A stretch of 64,000 nucleotides of DNA from assembly GCA_965215265.1 (NCBI GenBank), contig OZ244048.1, positions 2,752,001 through 2,816,000 on the forward strand, read 5' to 3'. Within the stretch, counting starts at the first letter, position 1. Each line of letters starts with the position of its first letter. Below, in pieces: positions 48,260 through 57,509 of the stretch. The position numbers were made by a program, and so were the translations under genes. The DNA comes from Candidatus Poribacteria bacterium. Lineage in GTDB: Bacteria > Poribacteria > WGA-4E > WGA-3G. Under the pieces are notes generated by a model. The model was not told where the DNA came from, made no database searches, and saw only the letters and a list, made by a program, of their open reading frames with translations.

Positions 48260-49963
48260 TTAATACAAAATATGCACCCGATTCTTACCGCGAACCGTCT
48301 CATCCGGCATGACAAGCGGCATCTCAACCACGGCGATGAAACTACCATCTGGACTGATAGCCAACGTATCGTAAGGGAGCTGCCCCGCCACGCGGTAAGT
48401 ATCAATGTATTTGGACAAACCGCTTCCCTCTGCCATCAGATCGAATACTGAAACACCGTGAAGACTTTCATTTGGGCCCTGGCTCCGCTTTGAGACAGCT
48501 AGTGCAGCATAACGCCCGGGCGCATCAATCCGTAAACCTTGCGGCATATTTTCAAGCTGCCACTGCCACCGTTTTTCACCTGTCCACGAGTAAGCAAACA
48601 ACGTCAAGCCATTCGGATGCGCAGCCGCCGGACGTTGCGCACCCTTCTGTAAATGATACGGAATATAGGTATCTCCAGTGACAAAGAGTGCTGCAGCATC
48701 CGTTGCACCGATAGTCCCCGCGGTAGCGATAATCGGAACACCGCTTACCTCCAGCGGTGCTGCCAAATGGTGCTGCCAGATTGGATGCGATGTGTTCACA
48801 TCAAAGATGAAGGCGCGCCCATCGTCCGTTGTAACGTTGATAAAGCTACCATCAGGCGATATACCGACACCACGCCAAAATGTTACACCTGCAAAGTAGG
48901 GCTTGAGCGGTTCAATACTCGATTGCCACCGTTGCTTCCCTGTTTGCAGGTCAATGACACTCAGCCTGCCTTTACCCTTGCCGCTTTCATCGCTTAACAG
49001 TGCGAACGTTTTTCCGTCCGCACTAACATCAAACCAACGTAGTATCTGTGGTAGAGCACCATCAGCAGGCCACTTCCATGTGACAGTGCCTGTCTTTCCA
49101 TCAAAACGGTAAAGCTGCGATTTCAGCATCCGCACACCGTTTTCTTGCCACGAATGCATACTGGAAACGAGCAAGCCATCATCCGGCAGCGTGAACATCC
49201 GAGAAGGCCCAGGGTATTGTATCCATGCATAGACACTCCCTGGGTCCGACGGGATAGAAGTTTCAATGTCGTCAGCTGTACGATATTTCCATAGTAATTG
49301 TTTCGAATTTATATCATACGCATAGATAAATCCATCCGCTGCTTGTTCACCAATATAGAGTCGATTTCCATTATCACCAAACGCGACATGCCTGACATAG
49401 CCCTCCGAAATCCGCGTCTTCCAAACTGTGCGCCCCGTGAGCAGCTCAATTACTCCGATGTATCCAGCATCCGTTGCAATCGCTAATAAACGGTTTTGTA
49501 AACTACCGCCTAACGCCACCGTAGTAGGTTTCGCCGGCCGTCGCAAATTTTCTATTAACGCCAACAAACCATCCAATTCAATCGTCTGAATTGGGTAGAG
49601 GGCAGGTTTTAGCGGTGCCCGGGCATCCGCAATATGCACTCCTGCATCAGACGTGACTTTCAAACGATAGCTCTGATTCGGAACCCATGCAAACTGAATC
49701 AGCGCGCGCTCGGACGTGAGCTGCAGCATGGATACAGGAACATCCGCAGCCTCCTTTTCTGTTATTGACGCAACATCGATTTTGAGTGCGTGCGGTGTTT
49801 CAATCACCGCTCCAACGCGTGTCCACACGACATTGATGCCAGCATTCTTTGTTAGTTGTTCATCTCCATAAGCAGTCCGTACAGCACTGATAAGGACGAT
49901 AACCAATAAACAAAGCCAGGTAACAGTACAATTTTCTCCTAAACAGATTTGATTTTTCTTCAT
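48260..49963 (-). CDS. Exported PQQ-like/WD40 beta-propeller protein (third gene of the B12 riboswitch operon)
   Basis: Signal peptide; repeated TG...W and SPDG blades. Confidence 0.7.
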   Translation of the reverse strand: MKKNQICLGENCTVTWLCLLVIVLISAVRTAYGDEQLTKNAGINVVWTRVGAVIETPHALKIDVASITEKEAADVPVSMLQLTSERALIQFAWVPNQSYRLKVTSDAGVHIADARAPLKPALYPIQTIELDGLLALIENLRRPAKPTTVALGGSLQNRLLAIATDAGYIGVIELLTGRTVWKTRISEGYVRHVAFGDNGNRLYIGEQAADGFIYAYDINSKQLLWKYRTADDIETSIPSDPGSVYAWIQYPGPSRMFTLPDDGLLVSSMHSWQENGVRMLKSQLYRFDGKTGTVTWKWPADGALPQILRWFDVSADGKTFALLSDESGKGKGRLSVIDLQTGKQRWQSSIEPLKPYFAGVTFWRGVGISPDGSFINVTTDDGRAFIFDVNTSHPIWQHHLAAPLEVSGVPIIATAGTIGATDAAALFVTGDTYIPYHLQKGAQRPAAAHPNGLTLFAYSWTGEKRWQWQLENMPQGLRIDAPGRYAALAVSKRSQGPNESLHGVSVFDLMAEGSGLSKYIDTYRVAGQLPYDTLAISPDGSFIAVVEMPLVMPDETVRGKNRVHILY

Positions 49964-49989
49964 TTTTATAATCCTCTATTTATCACGTT

Positions 49990-51861
49990 TTAATCCGAAA
50001 CCCGCCAAAGTCCCCTACCCAAACGGGCCCCTAAAAGTACGCCGATAAAGGTATAGGCGAAACCTTCAACAAAAATACGTAGAAACATATACCATTCCGC
50101 ATAGAACAATCGATAGAAGACGATTGAGAGTTGGAAATCAACATAAACAGCGAGCGCATCGCAAATTCCCAACGCGACTGCCCACGCCAATAAACCACGG
50201 TGCTGCACAAACCAGAATCCTGTTTCAAGCAACAGCACGCTTGTACTCGTATAGATAATCATCATCGGGGTAAAAAGCCCAAACGTGATACCCCCGAGTA
50301 GCAACCCAACAGCAGAAACCAGGAGGATTACCCCCGGTTTACCGCCGCCGGTGCCCCTCTTCCCTCTCGGTTCCCCACCGATATAGAATAACAGCGCAGT
50401 CAATAGGGCATAGTAGAACGTCTCGTTAACCAGACCCGTCAGCAGCACAGAGACAGGACCCAGTACAGAACGGATCAGATTCATGAAGAGCGTTGACGGA
50501 ATAATAACGCATACAAACACAGTCGCACCGAAAAGCGCGATGACAATCAGCTGTTTTGTTGAGAACAGCGAAAAAAAACGGGTGTGAAATCGGAGCACCA
50601 CTCCTAATCCGATAATGCTCACCATCACTGCTGCCCCAGTCACAAACAATGCATGGCGATTGGGTATAATAATCTGAAGCGGACGTTCTGCGCGCAGCAC
50701 CGTAGTCCGACTGCCCCAGATCTTCACCTCAATCTCACGTTTGTAGTCGCCTGCCTGCGCGGCCACCATATCCAAATAAATCGGTAAGGGAATAGAGCTT
50801 AGCATTTGCGGTGGTAGGCTCGCAAAAGCGACGCTCCTGTCCGTCCCTGCGTTAACCGCATCGGGGGGCGTGAGAAACGGCACCGTCTCTCCGCTGTTTG
50901 CATCACGGTTAATAGCAGAAATAACAACATGGATAGTCTCCTGCCCATGATTGTGGAGTTTCACCGTTTGGTATGCCACCGGCTCATAAGCATCAATTGA
51001 GAGATGCCGCCATCGGCCGAGAACCGGCTGGGCATGATAGAGGGTATCCGTGCGCTGCCGTGCATCCACAACGCCCACTGCATCCGTAGGCATCTGAACC
51101 GATTCAATTGAAAGCAATCCGCCAATCTCCTCCACCGTTGCTGAACGCACACGCAATTGCACCTGCTGCTCCCACGTCTCATCCCCTTCAAACCTAACCC
51201 TACCACGAATTGTGGTGTTGTTAGAATTATCCGAAACTTCATGGATTTTCAGCACCAATTCACTATACCAGACCTCGCCGGCGACAGTAAATGTCCCGGA
51301 AGTTGATAAGCAGATTTGCTCATCAAGCGTCTCTTCTATCCAACCTTTTGGAAGTGAAACCACTGTAATTGCTTGCGGTAGACAGAGCTGAACACGAAAG
51401 TCAGCATTCACGTCTGCGTTCCCATTTTTCAAAAGCACCGTCGCCGTCACGTCACTGTTGTGGAGTACAAGAGATGCAGGGGGCGTAGACTGTGAGTGTG
51501 TCACCGCCGCCCCGTACGGAATTGAGATTTCCAGACTGCCGCGCGTCTGCACCTGGGGCGCGGTAACTGTTCGAACGCTGATATCGGAATTCGCGAGCAC
51601 TATCTCAAACCGATAGCGCTCGCCTTCGCGCCACTCAAAATAAAGCGATTCCACCTGACGAGGCGGCACAGGAAAATCAAGCCGCGCCACCTTCATACCC
51701 TCACGATTAAAAGCTGCAACGCTTTTGACTGAGGATGGAATGTGAAGCTTTGCCCCCAGTGGAAAAAACTCTATTTTCCATACAAGAGGTGTCTCTTTTC
51801 CTTTTTCACCACAACCCAATAGGAGTAGAGGGAAAAAGAGACACAATACCGATTTTCCCAT
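49990..51861 (-). CDS. Lipoprotein-signal protein with large soluble region and C-terminal ECF S-component-like membrane domain
   Basis: LLLLGC lipobox; C-terminal 6-7 TM beginning FSTKQLIVIALFGA with a KPG motif. Confidence 0.55.
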   Translation of the reverse strand: MGKSVLCLFFPLLLLGCGEKGKETPLVWKIEFFPLGAKLHIPSSVKSVAAFNREGMKVARLDFPVPPRQVESLYFEWREGERYRFEIVLANSDISVRTVTAPQVQTRGSLEISIPYGAAVTHSQSTPPASLVLHNSDVTATVLLKNGNADVNADFRVQLCLPQAITVVSLPKGWIEETLDEQICLSTSGTFTVAGEVWYSELVLKIHEVSDNSNNTTIRGRVRFEGDETWEQQVQLRVRSATVEEIGGLLSIESVQMPTDAVGVVDARQRTDTLYHAQPVLGRWRHLSIDAYEPVAYQTVKLHNHGQETIHVVISAINRDANSGETVPFLTPPDAVNAGTDRSVAFASLPPQMLSSIPLPIYLDMVAAQAGDYKREIEVKIWGSRTTVLRAERPLQIIIPNRHALFVTGAAVMVSIIGLGVVLRFHTRFFSLFSTKQLIVIALFGATVFVCVIIPSTLFMNLIRSVLGPVSVLLTGLVNETFYYALLTALLFYIGGEPRGKRGTGGGKPGVILLVSAVGLLLGGITFGLFTPMMIIYTSTSVLLLETGFWFVQHRGLLAWAVALGICDALAVYVDFQLSIVFYRLFYAEWYMFLRIFVEGFAYTFIGVLLGARLGRGLWRVSD

Positions 51862-51871
51862 ATCGTTATAC

Positions 51872-53119
51872 CTACTTCGGGCTATCGAAGGAATTTGCCA
51901 CTAACACAAGATCGCGAATATCAACCACTTCATCCATGTTGATATCAGCGAGTATCGCCTGTCCCTGTTCGCCCAGATATCGGCTCACAATGAAAAGATC
52001 TGCAGTGTCAATAAAGCCATCGTCATTGACATCTTCAGCCCTCGGCACAATCTGTGCAATTCCTATAATAGAGGCCCCCGGACCGACTTGATACGTTTGA
52101 CGGAGCGTCTCATCGGCTCCCATAATGCGCACCATATCCTGGCCGCCGCCAGTCCAATCTGGATAGGTGATATAGAGGCTCCCATCTGCCGTGAAAGCCA
52201 TACCGGAGCCGCCACCGAAATCAACAAGCGCATCCGCTTTATCGCGAACCCATCTTTCTGTGACTAAATCATAGATGAGAAGCCCCGGTGCCGGCCAGCC
52301 ACCTTGGATAAACAGCTTCTCTTCCGAATTGAGAGCAAAACTACCCGGTGCCATCTTAAGCGGTACTGTTTTGCGAACCTCAGCCGTGGCTGCATCAATC
52401 AGCACCAGATTTCCTGGGATGAGATTGTAATCGCCTATTGTTTTGACAATCACGGTATTCTCTCCATCGTTGAGAATACCACCTGCATTTGTCGGCATGG
52501 CGATGGACTTGAGAACAGTGTCTGTCTCGGTATCAATTACCGTCAGACTGCTATCGTGATAGTTAACTTTACGTGCCTCTGCATCGTACTCCCACGCAGG
52601 ATTGGTAATGTACGCCTTACCGTCCAGAACAGTTATCCCTGTCGGTTTGTTGAAAGGTCCCGTAATGGTTTTGGTCACATTCCGATTAGCAATGTCTATG
52701 ACATGTACTTCATGCACAGCGTCACACGTCACGTACATCCTGTTAACATCTACAAAAGCGAGACTCTGCGGTTGTGCACCTGCACGAATCGGAATTTCGC
52801 CCACAATCTCTCGCCGCTGAAGATTGATAATTAAGATGTTATTGCTATAAACGTTAGGAATATATGCGAGATGTCCCCGAATGAGCAAATCGCTCGGGAC
52901 ATTGCCCAGGGGAATAATCTGATTGTCAACAGCACGTTTCTCATTCGGTTCCATTAAATCTATAATTGAGAGAGATGTGGTAATACCCAACTCAGGGTGA
53001 GTCAGTGCGTTTACAACAACACCAAGATGCTGAACCTCTGCCTGTCCCAAAGCAGCACCAGCAAGCAGAATGAACAGGATACTACACGCTATGCATGTTT
53101 TAAAAAAACTTGTTTTCAT
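51872..53119 (-). CDS. YncE/YVTN-type beta-propeller with C-terminal dockerin (BtuG-like candidate)
   Basis: Start MKTSFF at 53119 after GGAGG; blades such as VHVIDIA, KAYITN, LTVIDTETDTV; DVNDDGFID / DINMDEVVDIRD. Confidence 0.75.
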   Translation of the reverse strand: MKTSFFKTCIACSILFILLAGAALGQAEVQHLGVVVNALTHPELGITTSLSIIDLMEPNEKRAVDNQIIPLGNVPSDLLIRGHLAYIPNVYSNNILIINLQRREIVGEIPIRAGAQPQSLAFVDVNRMYVTCDAVHEVHVIDIANRNVTKTITGPFNKPTGITVLDGKAYITNPAWEYDAEARKVNYHDSSLTVIDTETDTVLKSIAMPTNAGGILNDGENTVIVKTIGDYNLIPGNLVLIDAATAEVRKTVPLKMAPGSFALNSEEKLFIQGGWPAPGLLIYDLVTERWVRDKADALVDFGGGSGMAFTADGSLYITYPDWTGGGQDMVRIMGADETLRQTYQVGPGASIIGIAQIVPRAEDVNDDGFIDTADLFIVSRYLGEQGQAILADINMDEVVDIRDLVLVANSFDSPK

Positions 53120-53135
53120 TAAAACCTCCGTAATG

Positions 53136-53163
53136 AAACAAAAATCCCTGCTTTCGTCAGGGA
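53136..53163 (-). terminator. Probable riboswitch expression-platform terminator
   Basis: Minus strand TCCCTG-ACGAAAG-CAGGGA followed by TTTTTGTTT, just before the RBS. Confidence 0.6.
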
Positions 53164-53269
53164 AAACAGGGGCAACTTGGAGGCACGAACGCTTTTGCAA
53201 AGCGAAATTGCACATATCAATAGCACGTGCTGTTCCACTGCTCTCCCGCGAAAGCAATAGTGTGAACAC

Positions 53270-53445
53270 GACTCAGGCAGGTCTCCTGACTTCCGATCTT
53301 TCCGCTCCACCTTCCCATCAAACTGATAGTGGTTTTGAAGCGGATACTTTGCCCTTTTGGCAAAAAATCGTTCACAGTGGCGGGGCCGTGGCGGTTTCTC
53401 ACCGCGCTTCCCTATTCTCCGTAAAACGGCACCTGAACCGTAATG
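53270..53445 (-). promoter_or_regulatory. Cobalamin riboswitch
   Basis: Minus strand CAGGTGCC...AATAGGGAA.CGCGGTGAGAAACCGC.ACGGCCCCGCCACTGTGA...GGGAAGG...AAGTCAGGAGACCTGCC (B12 box). Confidence 0.95.
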
Positions 53446-53466
53446 TATTCAATTGTTATCAGGTAT

Positions 53467-53495
53467 ATTATATCACATTATAGTCCTTTTTGCAA
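53467..53495 (-). promoter_or_regulatory. sigma70 promoter for the riboswitch transcript
   Basis: TTGCAA-17-TATAAT with extended TG. Confidence 0.75.
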
Positions 53496-53541
53496 TTCTT
53501 TTTTTCATATTCCCAAATTCAGGCACCGATAGTTAATCAAC

Positions 53542-54306
53542 TTAATCCTGTGGTACTACGTCGGCGTAGGTGATATAAGTGGGGTGCGTGTTTTTGGAGT
53601 GAATGCCGTCGTCAGCGGCAGGCGGAATTTCTCTTTGGACGATTTGTCCCGGGCGAGCGTGAATCGGCGAAGTGAACATGGGGCCATCTATAACGCATGT
53701 GTGAAACTCGCCGTTTTCACCAAGTGCATCCACGCCATCCGGTAGGTCCGCGAGGAATTGCCGGTCGAACCATCTCCCCACAAATTCACTTGCTAACTTG
53801 ACAGGATTCGCGCACGTTATCATGGCACGCATGCCAGCGGCAATCATCCTCTCTGCCAATTGGGTGGTGTCTGTGCCCCATATCGGGAAAAGCGGGGTAA
53901 AACCGGTCCCGCTGAGATTGTCTTCGCGGTAACGCCGGATGTCTTCTAAGAAAAGATCGCCGAACGCGAAATGCGATACGCCCAAATCTTCTGGCAATGC
54001 CTGAATTTGTGTCAGGAAATGGCGCATAGCGGCTTCATATTGAGCGTTGGAACACGGAAACGGAATCCGTATCTCATAGAGCGGAACACCCAATTTTTCG
54101 GATTGCTGTTTCAGTACCCAGCGCGGTGTAGCGTGGATGGAAACGCGTTCAAACGTCTCAGTCACGGTGGTAAAAATACCACGTACATCGTAGCGCTCAG
54201 ACTGTTGACGAAGGGTATGGAGTGCCCAGGCCGAGTCTTTGCCTGAAGACCAAGAAACTAAAACCGGGATAGGCTGTATAGCATTAGTGATAGTAGTTGT
54301 GCTCAT
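53542..54306 (-). CDS. Dph6-related PP-loop ATP pyrophosphatase
   Basis: SWSSGKDS, FGDLFLEDIR.YRE, GENGEFHT. Confidence 0.88.
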   Translation of the reverse strand: MSTTTITNAIQPIPVLVSWSSGKDSAWALHTLRQQSERYDVRGIFTTVTETFERVSIHATPRWVLKQQSEKLGVPLYEIRIPFPCSNAQYEAAMRHFLTQIQALPEDLGVSHFAFGDLFLEDIRRYREDNLSGTGFTPLFPIWGTDTTQLAERMIAAGMRAMITCANPVKLASEFVGRWFDRQFLADLPDGVDALGENGEFHTCVIDGPMFTSPIHARPGQIVQREIPPAADDGIHSKNTHPTYITYADVVPQD

Positions 54307-54448
54307 GACTGCATCTTTTTCTTTGTTGTTTTCGTCATCTTCAATTCCTATCCTTTTAGAAGCTCATATCCGATATGAACCTCACTTGTATGATACCGAA
54401 CTTCAGATTTGGATGTCAACTTTAAAATCTGTACATTGAGGAAAAAAT

Positions 54449-54477
54449 TTGACAACACGCACGAAATGTGGTATTAT
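54449..54477 (+). promoter_or_regulatory. sigma70 promoter of the leader-hisI-trpE-trpG operon
   Basis: TTGACA-17-TATTAT with extended TG. Confidence 0.8.
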
Positions 54478-54512
54478 AATTAAGAGTCATAAAAAGTAAA
54501 TAAGCAACAAAC

Positions 54513-54590
54513 ATGCTATTTTCAGATTTACACCTCAGTTTGCATAGCACCACTCACAATTGGCATTGGTGGCGTTTCCAATTCCGATAA
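54513..54590 (+). CDS. Attenuator leader peptide MLFSDLHLSLHSTTHNWHWWRFQFR (TrpL-like, His-rich)
   Basis: Hand-translated 25-aa ORF with WHWWR, between the promoter and a terminator upstream of hisI-trpE-trpG. Confidence 0.85.
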   Translation: MLFSDLHLSLHSTTHNWHWWRFQFR

Positions 54591-54644
54591 GGGGAGTGTG
54601 CGCGCAAACGAAACTGATACTGATTCTGGACTGCTTTTTTTTAC

Positions 54645-54688
54645 ACCTTATGCACACGAACCCTCGTGGTATAAGGTTTTTGTTTTTT
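54645..54688 (+). terminator. Attenuator terminator
   Basis: ACCTTATGCACACGA-ACCC-TCGTGGTATAAGGT followed by TTTTGTTTTTT. Confidence 0.85.
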
Positions 54689-54705
54689 AACATAGGAGGA
54701 TCCGC

Positions 54706-55086
54706 ATGAGAATTTTATCAGAACTCAAATTTGACCGTGATGGGTTAGTTGCCGCTATCATTCAGGATCACACCAATAATCAAGTCCTGATGCTCGGTTA
54801 TATGAACACAGACGCAATAAAAGAGACGTTAAGCACCGGGCGTGTCTGCTTCTGGAGCCGCTCACGCCAGAAACTCTGGATAAAGGGGGAGACCTCAGGG
54901 CACACCCAAACCGTAAAATCCATCGCTGTTGACTGTGATGGCGATGCCTTACTTATAAAGGTCGAGCAGAAGGTAGCAGCATGTCATGCCGGCTATCGTT
55001 CTTGCTTCTTTCGGGAAGTCTCCCCCAACGGTCAATCGACACAGATTATAGGAGAAAAGATTTTTGAAGCAGATAGCGTGTATTAA
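54706..55086 (+). CDS. hisI: Phosphoribosyl-AMP cyclohydrolase
   Basis: [40 protein letters not shown]. Confidence 0.96.
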   Translation: MRILSELKFDRDGLVAAIIQDHTNNQVLMLGYMNTDAIKETLSTGRVCFWSRSRQKLWIKGETSGHTQTVKSIAVDCDGDALLIKVEQKVAACHAGYRSCFFREVSPNGQSTQIIGEKIFEADSVY

Positions 55087-55094
55087 CCAACGCA

Positions 55095-55121
55095 CTCCGG
55101 GCTGACGCAGAGAGCCCGGAG
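55095..55121. repeat. Intergenic hairpin between hisI and trpE
   Basis: CTCCGGGCT-GACGCAGAG-AGCCCGGAG with no U tract. Confidence 0.5.
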
Positions 55122-55141
55122 GCTACGTCAAAGGAACCACC

Positions 55142-56635
55142 ATGTATTATCCAACGCTTGAAGAATTTAGAGAAAAAGCCACAGCAGGAAACACCGTCCC
55201 AGTCTACCGGCCGATTCTGGCAGACATGGAGACCCCGGTTTCCGCGTTCTATAAATTGATGCCTAATGACTTTGCGTTCCTCCTTGAGAGCGTTGAGGGG
55301 GGCGAAAACGTCGCACGCTACTCTTTTTTGGGGAGCCAGCCGTCAGTGCTTTTCCACAGTAAGGGGCAACACGTCACGATCGAGCATCTCTCAAAAGGCG
55401 AGACCGTCTCACAAGAACATACAGACCCGTTAAAGGCGCTTGAAGATTTGATGCATCACTACCAACCCGTCAAAGTGGATGGGTTACCACAATTCCACGG
55501 TGGCGCTGTCGGCTATATCAGTTATGACATGGTACGTTTTGTTGAGGAACTCCCTGATGAGACAACTGATGAGTTAGAACTTCCAGATTGCTTCTTCATG
55601 ATCGCGGAGACGCTTCTCGTGTTTGACCATGTGAATCATCAAATTAAGGTTGTCGCGAATGCTCAGATTGACGGCGAAGTCGACGCAGCTTACACGGAGG
55701 CGATCGCTACGATTGAGGGAATAGTTGAGAGACTAAAATCGACACCCAATAGGAACGAGCCACAGCGCATCCTACCTGCTTCAGCAGAAACCCCACAAAG
55801 CACCGTCAAATCTAATTTTAGCAAGTCTGATTACAAAAGAGCAGTAGAACGCGCGAAGGAATACATAACCGCAGGCGACATCATACAGGTGGTGCCATCT
55901 CAGCGCCTCAGCCGTCAATTATCCGTTGAGCCCTTTGATGTCTATCGAGCGTTGCGAGTTGTGAACCCTTCGCCCTATATGTACTACCTCAAGTTTGACA
56001 GTTTTGACATCGTCGGTGCATCGCCAGAGATGATGGTGCGCGTAGAAGATCGCCTTGTCCAAACGCGCCCGATTGCAGGCACGCTTCCACGTGGCAAAAC
56101 CGCCGAAGAAGACAAAGAATTGGAGCGCCAACTCATCAACGACCCGAAGGAACGAGCAGAACACGTTATGCTCGTCGATCTTGGCAGAAACGACCTCGGC
56201 AGAGTGTGCGAATACCACACCGTCGAAGTCACAGATTTGATGATAGTCGAACGGTTCTCACATGTGATGCACATCGTCTCACACGTTATCGGACAACTCC
56301 GCGCAGAGCTCTCTGCTTTTGATGTCATCAGGGCGTGTCTCCCTGCGGGAACGCTGTCCGGTGCGCCTAAGATACGTGCAATGGAAATCATCGATGAACT
56401 TGAGCCAACGCGCCGGGGACCCTATGGCGGCGCTGTCGGATACTTCAGTTTCTCTGGGAGTGCAGATACCGCCATTACGATTCGAACCGCTGTGATAAAA
56501 GAACGTGTCGCTTACGTCCAGGCCGGCGGGGGAATCGTCGCCGATTCTGTCCCAGAAACGGAGTATTATGAGACTATGAACAAGGCACACGCCTTGCTCA
56601 GGGCCATTGATATTGCCGAAAAAGGGTTGCTATAA
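55142..56635 (+). CDS. trpE: Anthranilate synthase component I
   Basis: LLES feedback motif, NPSPYM, GASPE, PIAGT, EHVMLVDLGRND, PAGTLSGAPK. Confidence 0.96.
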   Translation: MYYPTLEEFREKATAGNTVPVYRPILADMETPVSAFYKLMPNDFAFLLESVEGGENVARYSFLGSQPSVLFHSKGQHVTIEHLSKGETVSQEHTDPLKALEDLMHHYQPVKVDGLPQFHGGAVGYISYDMVRFVEELPDETTDELELPDCFFMIAETLLVFDHVNHQIKVVANAQIDGEVDAAYTEAIATIEGIVERLKSTPNRNEPQRILPASAETPQSTVKSNFSKSDYKRAVERAKEYITAGDIIQVVPSQRLSRQLSVEPFDVYRALRVVNPSPYMYYLKFDSFDIVGASPEMMVRVEDRLVQTRPIAGTLPRGKTAEEDKELERQLINDPKERAEHVMLVDLGRNDLGRVCEYHTVEVTDLMIVERFSHVMHIVSHVIGQLRAELSAFDVIRACLPAGTLSGAPKIRAMEIIDELEPTRRGPYGGAVGYFSFSGSADTAITIRTAVIKERVAYVQAGGGIVADSVPETEYYETMNKAHALLRAIDIAEKGLL

Positions 56636-56716
56636 ATGCCCATTCTCCTCGACAACAGCAAGCACCCTGGTCCGAGCAGTGAGTAGAAATTGATTCCACG
56701 GAGGACATAACATAAA

Positions 56717-57280
56717 ATGGTCTTAATGATTGACAACTACGATTCATTCACCTATAACCTCGTGCAGTATCTTGGCGAGCTAGGCGCAGAACTACACGTC
56801 CACCGCAGTAAAAAAGTCACGCTGGACAAATTGGACGCACTCGCACCAGAACGAATTGTCATCTCACCAGGACCCTGCACACCCAAAGAAGCCGGCATCT
56901 CCAACGATGTCATACGACACTTCGCCGGACAAGTCCCGATTTTGGGCGTTTGCCTCGGGCACCAGTGCATCGGAGACGTTTTCGGCGGCGAGGTAGTACG
57001 GGCTGAGCGGTTAATGCACGGAAAAACTTCTATGATAGAACACGACGGGAACGAGTTATTCAAAAACTTGGATAACCCGTTTGAGGCAACACGTTATCAT
57101 TCACTAATTGTCAAAAAGGAGACGCTACCAGAATCCCTAAAGATTACTGCATGGACAGCCCTGGATGAAATTATGGGGTTACGACATAAGACGCTGCCGA
57201 TCTGGGGGGTGCAGTTTCATCCAGAGTCGATTTTAACAACTGCCGGGAAAGACCTCTTGCAGAATTTTTTGAGATTGTAA
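56717..57280 (+). CDS. trpG: Anthranilate/aminodeoxychorismate synthase component II (glutamine amidotransferase)
   Basis: [28 protein letters not shown]; adjacent to trpE. Confidence 0.92.
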   Translation: MVLMIDNYDSFTYNLVQYLGELGAELHVHRSKKVTLDKLDALAPERIVISPGPCTPKEAGISNDVIRHFAGQVPILGVCLGHQCIGDVFGGEVVRAERLMHGKTSMIEHDGNELFKNLDNPFEATRYHSLIVKKETLPESLKITAWTALDEIMGLRHKTLPIWGVQFHPESILTTAGKDLLQNFLRL

Positions 57281-57509
57281 ACACTATCCACGATAAGGAG
57301 ACAGACACAAAGCACAGGAGGAACGTTCACGTTGAGGCAATAGCGATACAGCGATACATTGAACTCACGCTCTTAAGCTTGGTGATGCTATGCCAGCAGC
57401 GATATAATCTGTGAGATAACGAACAAGAAAAATATTGCTCTGTTTTCTATAAGCTGCTATAATTGCCACAGATGTCAAATCCCCTCAAAAAAAACAAGGA
57501 GCATGAACA

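Noticed and set aside
53120-53269. N-terminal 50 codons of the 465-aa ORF in the track
   Set aside because: They overlap the riboswitch expression platform; the ATG at 53119 has an RBS and is followed by a signal peptide.
54480-54700. T-box riboswitch upstream of hisI-trpE
   Set aside because: No GGTGGnACCGCG T-box sequence; a leader peptide explains the terminator better.
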